DNA from: Psammoneis japonica
Taxonomy: Eukaryota
Assembly (NCBI GenBank): GCA_008632985.1
Contig: QPGO01000063.1
Coordinates: 124,001 to 188,000, forward strand
Direction: 5' to 3'
Length of the DNA stretch: 64,000 nucleotides
Shown: positions 49,791-60,784 of the stretch, in pieces
Position numbering within the stretch: position 1 is the first letter of the stretch
Layout: every line of letters begins with the position of its first letter
Notes under the pieces: generated by a model
The model's input: only the letters and a program-made list of their open reading frames with translations
What the model was told of the DNA's origin: nothing
The model's database searches: none
Translations under genes and position numbers: made by a program

Positions 49791-51258
49791 ATGCCTGGCA
49801 TCGCAGCGAGCATTCCGCTCCCACCTTCTCCGCCAGCCAGCATGTCCAAAGTTCAAATCAACGGGCGGAAGGTGAAAGTCCGCGCGACGCCGAAAGCGTC
49901 ACAAGACACTCTTGCTGCTCTCTACACCAAGGAGCAGCGGAACCATTTGGATCCTGACAAGCTCAACGGCCTCTTTCTGAAGGCTGCTTCGAAACAGCAG
50001 ACAAAATTTGACCTCCTCAACGTCAACATCAACGATCCCGACAAGCTCGAGGACACTTGTGACCTCGCAATGTCCATCTCAACCATGCGTTCAAACCATG
50101 TTAAGTGTGACATGGATGACGTCTTCACCATCATCGACCCGGATGAACTCACGACTCGATTCCTCGATCACCGCTGCCGAGGTCGCCGCCAGCAACAAAT
50201 GGCACACAACCATGCTTGAGGACCCTGATGGGACTTGGGCAAGCCAAAATCTTCGTCTTGCTCACGACCACTTCGAGCGGAACTCCTCCACAGCGCTGCA
50301 AAAGAAAGTCAACAAGACGCACCTCAAGTGCGCACAGGAGCAGCAGGGCGGACCTCTCTTCTTTGTTGTCATGATGAAACTCCTCCAGAGCAACTCCGAA
50401 GAGGCCGCTCGTCATTTGGTTTCCAACACAACCAACCTCAAGATCATCGACTTTGACGGAGAGGACGTCAGCAAAGTCATCTCTCTCATTCGCGGTGGTT
50501 GTTCTCGACTCGCAAACCTCCAGGATCAGAAGGGTCAGTCAGTCATCCCTGCTGATTTTTTGGAGAACCTCACCAAAGTCTTCCAAACGTTGAGCGTCCC
50601 TGAGTTTAACTCACTCTTCGAACACCTCACCAAGGATTCCAAGACTTCCAAACTCAAGCAATCGGGCTCAACATCCGCAGCAACAACCACCACGGTGGAC
50701 GACATCCTGTCCTTTGCCGAAGGCGAACATCTCACTCTCGTTGCCTCCGATCAGTGGTCCGGCGTGACCACTGAGAAACAGGCGACTTCATTCATCGCGG
50801 GCGTCGTCACCTGTTTTGACTGTGGTGGTCCTCATTCTTTGTCAGACTGCAAGAAACTGGTCGACGAAGCTCGTGTTTGCGCCAACAAGAAACTGTTCTT
50901 TGACGCAAAACGGGCCCAGTGCAAGAACAACTCAACGGGATCCTCCTCTTCCGGTCCCTCCACCAAGACCATTCCCAAGAAATGGCAGCCACCGACTGAC
51001 GCTGAAAAGAATGACAACAGTCGCTGCAATGTCGATGGCAAAGATCATTGCTGCCATTGCAAGACCAAGCGCTGGCGCCCGGTGTCTAAGACGGGGAACG
51101 TTGCTTCAGCTCCAGCAGCTGCACCTCCTCCCGCTCCAGCCGCTGCGCCCGCTCCAGCACCGGCTTCCGCTCCTGTTGCGGATCGCGACCCAGCCACAGC
51201 CAACGTCAAGAAGGAGATGGTCAAAACCATGACCGGCCTCTTCGCCTCCTTCACCTGA
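49791..51258 (+). pseudogene. Copia gag (one frameshift near 50150)
   Basis: QQGGPLFF, LKIIDFDGEDVSK and zinc knuckle CFDCGGPHSLSDC. Confidence 0.85.
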
Positions 51259-54200
51259 AGATTCGGGCACACCTCTCCTCCGGAGCGTGTGGCCCTTTCT
51301 TCTCTTTTCTTCAGCCAACCGTCCGATCCTGGAAGGGATGTCCAGGCTCATTTGTCGGTTGGCCACTTTCTGCTCCTGTGGTTCACTCTCCAGATTCTTG
51401 GAGAGGGAGGGATCGAAGCGGCATCCACTGTTTTGCAGTTGCTGTTTGTCTCAGTGGGTGGATGTTTGTTCTGCTTGCTTCCATTTTCCAAGAATCCTTC
51501 GCTTTCATGGGACGATCTACCCGACTTTGTTGTTGTTCCTTCTCCTGAACCGACCTCTTTTCGTCGTCCTCCTGTTCGACCTCGGACAACACATCATGCT
51601 CAAGCACGCCGCTTGGCTCGGCGTCCAGTTCGAGTCCCACGCAGAGACCCCTTGTGGTCCTTCCTTCAACCAACGACCTGGCGTAAACACCGCCGAACGC
51701 CTGTTCCGGATGGCGCAACAACTGCCGATCCGGATTGCTCCTGTCGTAAATCCAAGTCATGGAAACTCTCAAGATCGAGACGCCGAACCAAACCCAGGAA
51801 AACAAGACCACCTGGATTTGCCTGCGTTGATCCTCAGCAAGAGGCCACAGAAGCCCACTCTCAAATCAAGCACCGCCTGTTGCATCTGCCATCTGAGATG
51901 TGTGAATTCCCTCATGGTGCGACGCCAACTGATTTTGTTGCTTTGCTTGATCCTCTTGGTGACTGCCTGAGGACCAAGTCCTGTGGCTCCTTGACACAAA
52001 CGGAGCCCTCACCTTTTGCACCACCAGACGACCCTGAAGCTTGCGAACTAGAAGAGTTCTTCCGAGTCAAACACCGACTGCTGCACCAAACCTGGATCAT
52101 GTGCGACATGCAGTGCGGTTGTTCGTTAGACGAATTTGTTCAAGGCATTGACCCATTGGAGCAACTCCATTTGATCAAAGCACTTGCCTCTTCCGAAATG
52201 CCACGAGCTTGTGGTCAAGCACCAACGCTGTCTTGCGTTGCAACCAACTTGTCTCGAACGACAACTGCCACCTTTGCGAGTGGTTTTGGTGGAGTGGCTG
52301 TGTTCTCCCACCAGACCATGACTGGACCATCCCATGTTGTTGCATCTGAGCCGGATCCACCATGGCCAACCAAAGATCCAGTGCAACACATCAAGTCCTT
52401 CCGGGATTCTAGGGATCTGGAAGGCTGCCAATGTCAAGCATTGACATCGTGCTTGCCTGTCGACGCACCTGTTGTTCTCAACACTGGAGCATCCTCGTCG
52501 CTCACACCTCACTCAAGCGACTTCACTGGACCGCTGGAACCTGTTAACACTGCCACCATCAACGGGTTGTCTTCCAGCACCCGAGCAGTTGGTCAGGGTT
52601 TCGTGGAATGGGGCACAATTGATTGTTGGAACGTCATCTGGACGGTCCGAACGCGAGCCCACTACGTTCCAGATGCTTCCATTCAACTCTTCAGCCCTCA
52701 AGCCTGTTTTCAAGAGAATGGAAACCAAGGAGAATGTTCAGTGTGTGGCAACAAAGCAACCCTCACTCTTCCGAAAGGCAACACGCTTGATTTCCCAAAC
52801 AACAAGGAAAACAACTTGCCCTTCATGATGATGTCCGAACCGATCTCCGCTGGAGTCACCCAATGTAATTTGGCTCCCGTCAGTGCTAAAGCACGCCTCA
52901 CTTCGTTCCTCTCCGTCACCTCTCAGACCAACCAGAATTTAACACCCGGCCAGAAGGAGCCACTTCTCCTCCATCAGAAACTTGGTCATGCCGGCTTCCA
53001 TCACATTCAACACTTGTGCGCCACTCCACGGGATCCCACCAAATCACACATCATCAAGCCCACTTCACAAACCGTCTCCAGTTGTGCTGCACCGTCATGT
53101 GCTGCCTGTCAACTCGCAAAGCAGAAACGACGAACTCCTGATTGTCGTGGCACGTCCAATCCTCCGCCGTTGACGTTGCGAGAGGGAGATTTGGCACCTG
53201 GTCAACGCGTCTCCGTTGATCAGTGTGTCAGTCGTGTCCCTGGCCATCTTCCGACGACAAAGGGACGCAAACCCAAGAAAGACAAGCACTGTGGAGGCAC
53301 GATTTTTGTTGATCATGCTTCCACCTGTGTTCATCTGACCCATCAAGTTGGTCTCACCGCAGGTGAAACTGTTCATGCCAAGCAGTCCTTCGAGCAGCTT
53401 AGTGACCAATTTGGGGTCCGCATCAAGTCCTGCCTTGCTGATGATGCACCGTTCGGCACCAAGGCCTTCATGCATGACCTCAAAGAAAACAACCAAACTG
53501 TTGATTTTTCTGGTGTTGGAGCTCATCATCAGAACAGTGCAGCCGAGCGCTCCATCCAAACTGTCACCTCATGGGCAAGAGCCATGCTCCTGCACGCCAT
53601 TCTCATGTGGCCCGATGCCGCCAATCTGGAATTGTGGCCTTTTGCCATGACCCATGCGACCCACCTGTGGAACCACATCCCGAAGTCTGACACTCGCACC
53701 GCGCCAGTTGAAATCTTCTCCAAGCAACGATTCGACACTTGCACACATCTACAGCGCTTGCAGGTGTGGGGCTGCCCTGCATGTGTTCTTGACCCCAAGT
53801 TACAAGACGGCAAGAAACTGCCCAAGTGGGACCCCAGAAGTTGCCGTGGCCAATGTCTGGGCATCTCGCCGGATCATTCTGCCAACATTGGCCTCATCTT
53901 GAATCTAACAGCCGGCTGTGTCAGCCCTCAATGTCATGTGGTCTACGACAACCACTTTGCTGCGGCTCCCAACAGTGATTCTGGCGGCTTCTTCCAGGAT
54001 GTTCCCTTCACCGCCGATCTCTGGGAATCCTTGCTCACAGCCGACTCACTGGTTCACAATGCTCCTCCCCAGCCTTCTGACACTGACGACCCTCGCCGCT
54101 GCTTGCCGGCCTTGCACGATGATTGGTTGACCCCCGCAGAGCGCCGTCATCGCGCTAATCATCGAAATGACCGCCGTCAATGTCATCTCCAAAATTCCAA

Positions 54201-56390
54201 AATGGCCTCTCCTGCTGTCCCTGCATCAACCTCTTCCATCACAGCTCCAGAGGGAGAGCTTCCTGCTGCTGAATCATCTGCTGACGATCTAGAATCTGCA
54301 ACTTCAGAGGCTCCAGAGGGAGTCGAGATTGATGAGTTCAGTGATGACAGCGATGACAAATTGTCATTGGTCGATCATCACGACTTGCCAGAGGATCTAG
54401 ACTTAGACTCTGAAGCAGCTGAGCCACCTCAACTGGCTCCGAATGCTGCCACTGCACCAACTCAGACTCAAAGCGGTCGCACCGTCAAGAAGCCAGAACG
54501 CCTGATTGAAGCAATGCATGCTGACATCCGCACTCCGCCAACGAGTTGCCGAATGCCCACAAAAATCCCCAAACGCACCGTCAAGTCGGAAACCCCAAAC
54601 AAACAGTTCTTGATGGCTTTGCATTGGGATGGCATTGCAAATGCACTCCGGTCCAAAGACTTGTGCGCAATGCTCAACCTCTTCAACAAAAACACCGATC
54701 AAGTCCACGGCACACTCGAAGAAATGCACCCTCTTGCCCTCGCAGCTAATGCAAATTCGGCTGACAATCCAACTTGGGAAGAAGCAATGAGTGGCCCTGA
54801 TCGAGCAGCCTGTCTTAAAGCTTGCGACGTCGAAATCGATTCCCTGGCACAAGGCAAGGACGCCTGGGATGAAGTGGATTGACAAGATTGGATGAACGCA
54901 CTGCCGTCCACATGGGCCTTCAAGTGCAAACGATGCCCCGATGGGTCAATCAGAAAATGCAAAGCCCGATTCTGCGTCCGCAGAGACAAGCAATTGGAAG
55001 GTGTCGACTGTTTTGACACCTTTGCTCCAGTTGTCAATTGGACGACCGCACGGCTCATGCTCACACTTTCTCAAATTTTGGAACTTTCGACGAAACAAGT
55101 TGATTGTGTCACCACTTTCGTCCATGCTCCAATCGACAAGGATCCCAAATGGGACACCATGACACCCGAAGAGCGGGAACGCTCTGGCATCTTCGTACAA
55201 ATGCCTCGTGGATGCTCCAAGCCCGGCAAAGTGCTGAAACTCAAACGGACCGTGTGTGGTCTCAAACAAGGACCTCGCAACTTTTTCCTGCACCTCAAGT
55301 CAAAACTTGAAGATGCTGGATTCCAATCGCAAGACGATGTCGATCCATGTCCACTTGCATCTGACAAAGTCATCTGCCTCGTGTGTGTTGATGACACACT
55401 GTTCTTCTCTCCAAAACAAGAGTGCATCGACGAAGTGATCGAGAAACTCAAAATTGATGGCGGTCTGGCCATCGAAGTTGAAGATTCCATCGCAGGTTTT
55501 TTAGGAGTACACATCGAACGCGACACCGACAATGGCACTGTCAAGCTCACTCAGAGCGGCCTGTCCAAATGTGTCGTCGAAGCCCTCAACGCAGGCCATC
55601 CACCGAAGGCCCGAACGCCCGCACCAGCTACTCCGTTGGCCAAGGACACCGATGGAGACCCACCAAATGGAGCCTGTAATCATGCCAGCGTGGTTGGCAT
55701 GCTCCAATGTCTCCAAGGCCATTCTGGGCCAGACATTGCCTGCGCCGTCAGCTCAGCAGCCAGATTTGTTTATGGCCCTCGTCACTCGCATGAACTGGCC
55801 CTTGAACGGATCGGTCGATGCCTGAAGGGTGCTCTGGATGATGGTTTGGTCCTCAAGCCATCTGGGGACTTCAACATTGACGTGTTTGTTGACTCAGATT
55901 TTGCTGGACTGTGGCCTCATGAAGACAAGCATGACCCGGCTTGCATCAAGAGCGAACAGGATTTGTCATTTGCATTTCTAACTGTCCTGTCATTTGGTCC
56001 AGCAAGCTTGCACCCGAGATTGCTCTCTCAACAATGGAAGCAGAGCACAACGCTCTTTCCACTTGCATGAAAACTGTCCTTCCCTTTCTGCGCACTGCAC
56101 AAGCCATTTCCCAAGGCATCGGAGTTGGTCCAGGGACCACCAAGACTGTCCGCACCACTGTGTGGGAGGACAATGCTGGGGCTTTGACTCTAGCTAACAT
56201 GGAACCTGGCCGAGTGACGCCCAGGTCCAAGCACCACGCAATCAAGTGTCGTTGGTTCCGTTCACAGCTCAAACCAAATCGAGTTGCTGTTTCCAAGATC
56301 GCAACAGACTTGCAATGCGCTGACACACTTTCCAAAGGTCTCGTTACGGTTAAATTAGAGGCCATTCGAAAGTTGCTTTGCGGTTGGTAG
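51259..56390 (+). pseudogene. Copia pol (protease, integrase, RT, RNase H), inactivated
   Basis: VVLNTGAS (protease, D>N), HQKLGH..C..C and D,D,E integrase, RT CVDD, RNase H VDSDFAG/EDN. TGA at 54880 and a frameshift near 55955. Confidence 0.95.
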
Positions 56391-56410
56391 CTTCTTCGTT
56401 CGAGAGGGAG

Positions 56411-56635
56411 TGTCAACACAGTACGAACTCATGCGCGATTCGCGCGCGCTACGCTTGCGCGTGCGATTTCTTTCATCGGTCTTTTCTCAACTTTTCTCAC
56501 AATTACAACATCTAGTGTAACAAGACATTAGCAGCTTTACCGATTATACCGTCATCGTTAGCCCTCTTTGCTAGCGATACGTCTACCATTCGACCTCAGT
56601 CGACTTCTCCTAACTCTCAGACGAGAGTTGTCGCA
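56411..56635 (+). repeat. 3' LTR
   Basis: Follows the PPT and is followed by TSD GTTCT. Confidence 0.97.
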
Positions 56636-56969
56636 GTTCTGCACACGCAAGCTTCTTTGGACAGCTGCTGGCCAGACACGACGCTATTCATACCGCATGA
56701 GCCGCACGTGCGGTCCTCGCGCGTGAGGTTCAGGTGGGAGGCTTGTGTTGCAGTGCACACGCGGCACACGGCACTCATTTCTTATTCTTCTTGCTTCTCA
56801 ACTACTGTACTGTACAGTAGTCGTAGTTGCAACAGCTTTCTTGTCTCCCTAAAGAAACACTTACGCGTATTGTATCACTGGCAGAGGTCGAAAGAGGACT
56901 TCCGCCTGTCACTTCTGCCCAAGAGCAAAGAATGATTTACAATAATACTCGTGCTGTTTTGACATTACA

Positions 56970-59900
56970 ATGAATCATCTTCTCGGAGCGTTCGTGGCGC
57001 TGCTCGTGTTGGGTTGTTCCGCGATTGGACGAGAGCTCAATTGCGAATCATGTATTGATCGCCCATCGTATTTGATCAAGGCTATTGTTCACGGTACAAA
57101 GTCGAGTGCGTTTTGGCAGCAGGTCCGTGCTGCTGCCATTCAGGCTGGTCATGATCTTCGCGTCGAGCTACATATGGAACTCTACGAAGAGTTCAACACG
57201 GACCTCATGGTGGCTGACATTATAAATGCCGTCAATCCGAGCAAGGAGGACGATTTGCCTGATGCATTGATTGTCACGATCCCCTCGGAGGCCGTTCATG
57301 AAGCTGTGCTTACAGCACTGCAACGAGTGCCGGTATTCGGTCTGAACAGCGGCTATGATGTTGCCGAGAGTCTAGGACTTCTCGGATTTGTAGCAATGGA
57401 TGAGTATGTGGGCGGCAAAGAGGCCGCTCGGCAGTTTCTAAGCCAGAAAAATGTCACTCGGGCGCTTTTCGTGAATAGTGAAAAAGGGAATCATGCTCTT
57501 GATCAGAGGTTCCAGGGCTATGCAGATGCGTTGCTGGAACAAAACAATTCAACCGAGATTGAAGAACTCGTCGTTGTCGGCACCGACCCATCTGATATTG
57601 CATCGAGGCTCAATTCAGCTCTTGAGGGTTGCCCTTATGATATTGTTCTTCTCTCCAATTCGAGATCCCTTGAACATGCTACATATGCTTTTTCTTCGAA
57701 TGGCTGTACCCTCTCTGATCACCTCCTTGGCACATTTGACGCTTCTTCTAAAGTTTACGATGCAATCGCTGTCGGTAAATTGACGTTTGCCGTCTCACAG
57801 CAACAACACCTTCAGGGTGCTCTGAGCGTGGTCATGGCTGCAACCTATGCAACCTCTCAAAAGAGGCTTGCGCGATCGGCCGAGTCGGATTTTGGCATTT
57901 ACTTTTCGGGTCCCGTCATTTACAATCTTTGGAACTTGCCTTCCGACACGGTGCAGCGATGCGAGACGGATTCATTCCCCGTTTGTCCCAACACCAAATC
58001 TTTGGATGGAGTCACAGAGTCCAGGTGCGATTGCACCGACCGTAAACAGATTCGAATTGGTGGTGTCGTTCATGGAGCCACGACGGACCGCTTTTGGGAT
58101 GTCCTCTTTGCTCAGGCATTCCAGGCAGCGGATGATATGGATGTCCAGCTTTCGTTGGATCGACTCAAGCCAGAAGCTACGATTGATATCCTCCGTGCCA
58201 AAATGGCAAGCAAGATAATTTCTCTTTGTCAGGAAGGCGTTGACGGCCTCTTGGTCTCTCTTCCCAGCGCAGACGTTATTGAAGCCGTAAAGGAATGCCA
58301 AGCCCTCAGCATTCCTGTCATTTCGATCAACGCCGGCGCAGAAGCGGCCAAGGAAGTCGGGGTGGTGCACCACCTTGCCCAGGACGAGTACAGTGCTGGC
58401 TTGGGCGCTGGTGAGCGTTTAATTGCAGCCGGCATGACTACAGGATTGTGCCTATTGCATGTACGAAATCATCCGGCCCTCTTGGAACGTTGTAGGGGTT
58501 TCCAAGACGCCATTCTTCAGTCGACGACGACCAATGTCACCTTTGTTGGTGTTGTTTATGTTCCTTTTGATAATAAAGCCGGATTCGTGAGAACTGTTGA
58601 AGATGAAATGAACATGGATGGCGATTGGGAGGGTATTGGAGCTTTGTTGGGCGGCTCCATATTGGTGGAAGATGGCCTTAGCTTGCAGGAAAGGCACCCC
58701 AAGTTACTGCTTGGATCTTTCGACGCAACCAACGAAATATACAAAGCTATAGATGAGGGCAAGATTCTGTTTGGCATTGATCAGGTGCCTTTCCTGCAAG
58801 GCTATATGCCCGTTACTTTTTTGACCTGGTTAGCTTATACGAAGCAAGCTCTTGTCAACACCTACATTGAAACTGGTCCAAGCTTTGTTGAGGAGGCTCC
58901 CACTGACGCACAACGAACCTGTGAAGCCAGTCTTTTTGAGGTCTGCCCCGAACCGGTAAACAATGATCTCAATCAGCTCAACAATGTTCGGGCCCCAGGT
59001 CTCGCCATGGCGGCAATTGTTTTCGCAACCTCCATCTTGTTTATTATTTTCATTATTTGGAATCGAAACGAAAGAGTGGTGAAAGCCTCTCAGCCTGCCT
59101 TCCTCATTATGATTTGCGTCGGAACGTTGATAATGGGGGCAACGATCATCCCCTTGAGCATTGACGACAGCGTTGCTAGCGTCGAGGGTTGCAACAAAGC
59201 TTGCATGGCAGTACCCTGGCTATTCACAATGGGATTCATTATTGTCTTTGCGGCGCTCTTCAGCAAGATTTGGCGCTTAAACAAACTTGCTGCAGGGGCA
59301 AAAGCCTGTCGCCGATTGAGAGTGACAACGATGGATGTCATGCTTCCTTTTGTTGCTCTTTTGTCATTGGCTGCGATTTTCTTGCTAGTTTGGACATTGG
59401 TTGACCCAATGTATTGGAATCGCAAAGTCATTTGTGGCTCTGGTGATTTGAGTTCTTACGGAGTGTGTGAACTCGGGCATTCTGGTGTGTCCATTGCGAT
59501 GCTTGTATGCGTGGTGGCGTTGATTATAGGTGCATTGATCCTTGCGAACATTGAGGCGTATAAAGCTCGCAAGTTCAGCACGGAATTCAGTGAGAGCAAG
59601 TACATCGGTATCGTAATGATTGGCCTGCTTCAGATTGGTATCATTGGCGTACCGCTCGTAGCGTTGGTGAATACAAATCCTACTGCAAGCTTCTTTGTCA
59701 AATCGACCATGATCTTTGTGATGTGCATGTCGATATTGATGCTGATTTTCGTCCCCAAGGTTATGTTTTTGAGAAAACGAAAGAAAGAAAAGAAGGAAAG
59801 AGAGAGGGTTGAAGGTAATTCCATTTCTGCATTCGTACCGCGGCGGCGCTCCTCATTTGAAGCCAGCGGTAGTCTTCAAGTTTCGGGCATGGTCGAACAG

Positions 59901-60173
59901 GACAAGATTTTCGAGTTGGAGAGGCTACTAAAGGATCAAGGAATCGATGTGGACACTCTCTTTAGGGAAGCCGGAATCGACAAGGGAGATGAGGGAGCAG
60001 ACTTTAATGGACACAGCCTTCATGGCAAGGATTCAACGGTTTCCATGCCTGAACGCGGAGAGGAGGATGACCCACCCATCCCTTGTAAAAGAAAATCTGT
60101 TTCTTTTGCGGAACAAGCTGAAAATGGCGCTGGAGACGAAGCCAAACTTTCAGAGGATAAAGAATCGAAATGA
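56970..60173 (+). CDS. Class C (GABA-B-like) GPCR with two tandem periplasmic sugar-binding-protein-like domains
   Basis: Signal peptide; two HG....FW...A..A..D repeats (type I PBP fold); 7TM with VVKASQPAFL, ALFSKIWR and EFSESKYI. Confidence 0.9.
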   Translation: MNHLLGAFVALLVLGCSAIGRELNCESCIDRPSYLIKAIVHGTKSSAFWQQVRAAAIQAGHDLRVELHMELYEEFNTDLMVADIINAVNPSKEDDLPDALIVTIPSEAVHEAVLTALQRVPVFGLNSGYDVAESLGLLGFVAMDEYVGGKEAARQFLSQKNVTRALFVNSEKGNHALDQRFQGYADALLEQNNSTEIEELVVVGTDPSDIASRLNSALEGCPYDIVLLSNSRSLEHATYAFSSNGCTLSDHLLGTFDASSKVYDAIAVGKLTFAVSQQQHLQGALSVVMAATYATSQKRLARSAESDFGIYFSGPVIYNLWNLPSDTVQRCETDSFPVCPNTKSLDGVTESRCDCTDRKQIRIGGVVHGATTDRFWDVLFAQAFQAADDMDVQLSLDRLKPEATIDILRAKMASKIISLCQEGVDGLLVSLPSADVIEAVKECQALSIPVISINAGAEAAKEVGVVHHLAQDEYSAGLGAGERLIAAGMTTGLCLLHVRNHPALLERCRGFQDAILQSTTTNVTFVGVVYVPFDNKAGFVRTVEDEMNMDGDWEGIGALLGGSILVEDGLSLQERHPKLLLGSFDATNEIYKAIDEGKILFGIDQVPFLQGYMPVTFLTWLAYTKQALVNTYIETGPSFVEEAPTDAQRTCEASLFEVCPEPVNNDLNQLNNVRAPGLAMAAIVFATSILFIIFIIWNRNERVVKASQPAFLIMICVGTLIMGATIIPLSIDDSVASVEGCNKACMAVPWLFTMGFIIVFAALFSKIWRLNKLAAGAKACRRLRVTTMDVMLPFVALLSLAAIFLLVWTLVDPMYWNRKVICGSGDLSSYGVCELGHSGVSIAMLVCVVALIIGALILANIEAYKARKFSTEFSESKYIGIVMIGLLQIGIIGVPLVALVNTNPTASFFVKSTMIFVMCMSILMLIFVPKVMFLRKRKKEKKERERVEGNSISAFVPRRRSSFEASGSLQVSGMVEQDKIFELERLLKDQGIDVDTLFREAGIDKGDEGADFNGHSLHGKDSTVSMPERGEEDDPPIPCKRKSVSFAEQAENGAGDEAKLSEDKESK

Positions 60174-60784
60174 AGCTTTCTCCAGGTGTGAGGTCGTATC
60201 ATTAGTCATTCGATTTGTATCCTTTCGGCTTGTGCCAGTCGCCAGGCGCTTCTCGCACGTCGAAGTAAAATGTCTCTACAGCATATGTTTTGTCACAGAA
60301 CAGGTAGCAAAATGCCGCACCGTATCTGAGCCTGTGCAATGCCAACGGCATTGGTATTCTCGACTCCCAGCCCTACCTGTACTGTTTTATGTTATGGGCA
60401 TCCGACGTGACTCTTCGGGAGAGACAAGCTACAAGTCGAAAGTCTCATCAAACCTGGAAACGTCTCATTTGGATTGCTGCCATTCGCGTTGTAAAGTATG
60501 TACCATGATAAGGAAATAATGTAAACTGCATTTCAGTGAATGGTGATCATGAAACGCCGTGTTGATTGTGGAGGTTATCAGTGCGGATAGCAGTTTGGCA
60601 GCCACTGGTCAATCACTGCAAAATAAGAATTTCGTAGGAAACAAACTACCCCTAAACTAGATTCTACCCGTTCAAATTAGTACTCGTAGCAACTAACCAT
60701 AAGTAGAATGAAATGCAGCTCCTCTAACTCACCGCTTTCCGACGGTTCACAACCGTCTGGATGCGTTTTGCATGAGCAATTCGG

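Larger units (their letters stand above)
49041..56635 (+). mobile_element. Full-length Ty1/Copia LTR retrotransposon, hypermutated
   Basis: 225-bp LTRs (TG...CA), 5-bp TSD GTTCT (49036-40, 56636-40), PPT GAGAGGGAG (56402-56410) and gag-PR-IN-RT-RH domain order. Confidence 0.97.

Noticed and set aside
49791..56390. Alternative genetic code (Cys/His codons read as Tyr)
   Set aside because: Host genes use TAY normally, and non-coding LTR sites show the same TpA changes.
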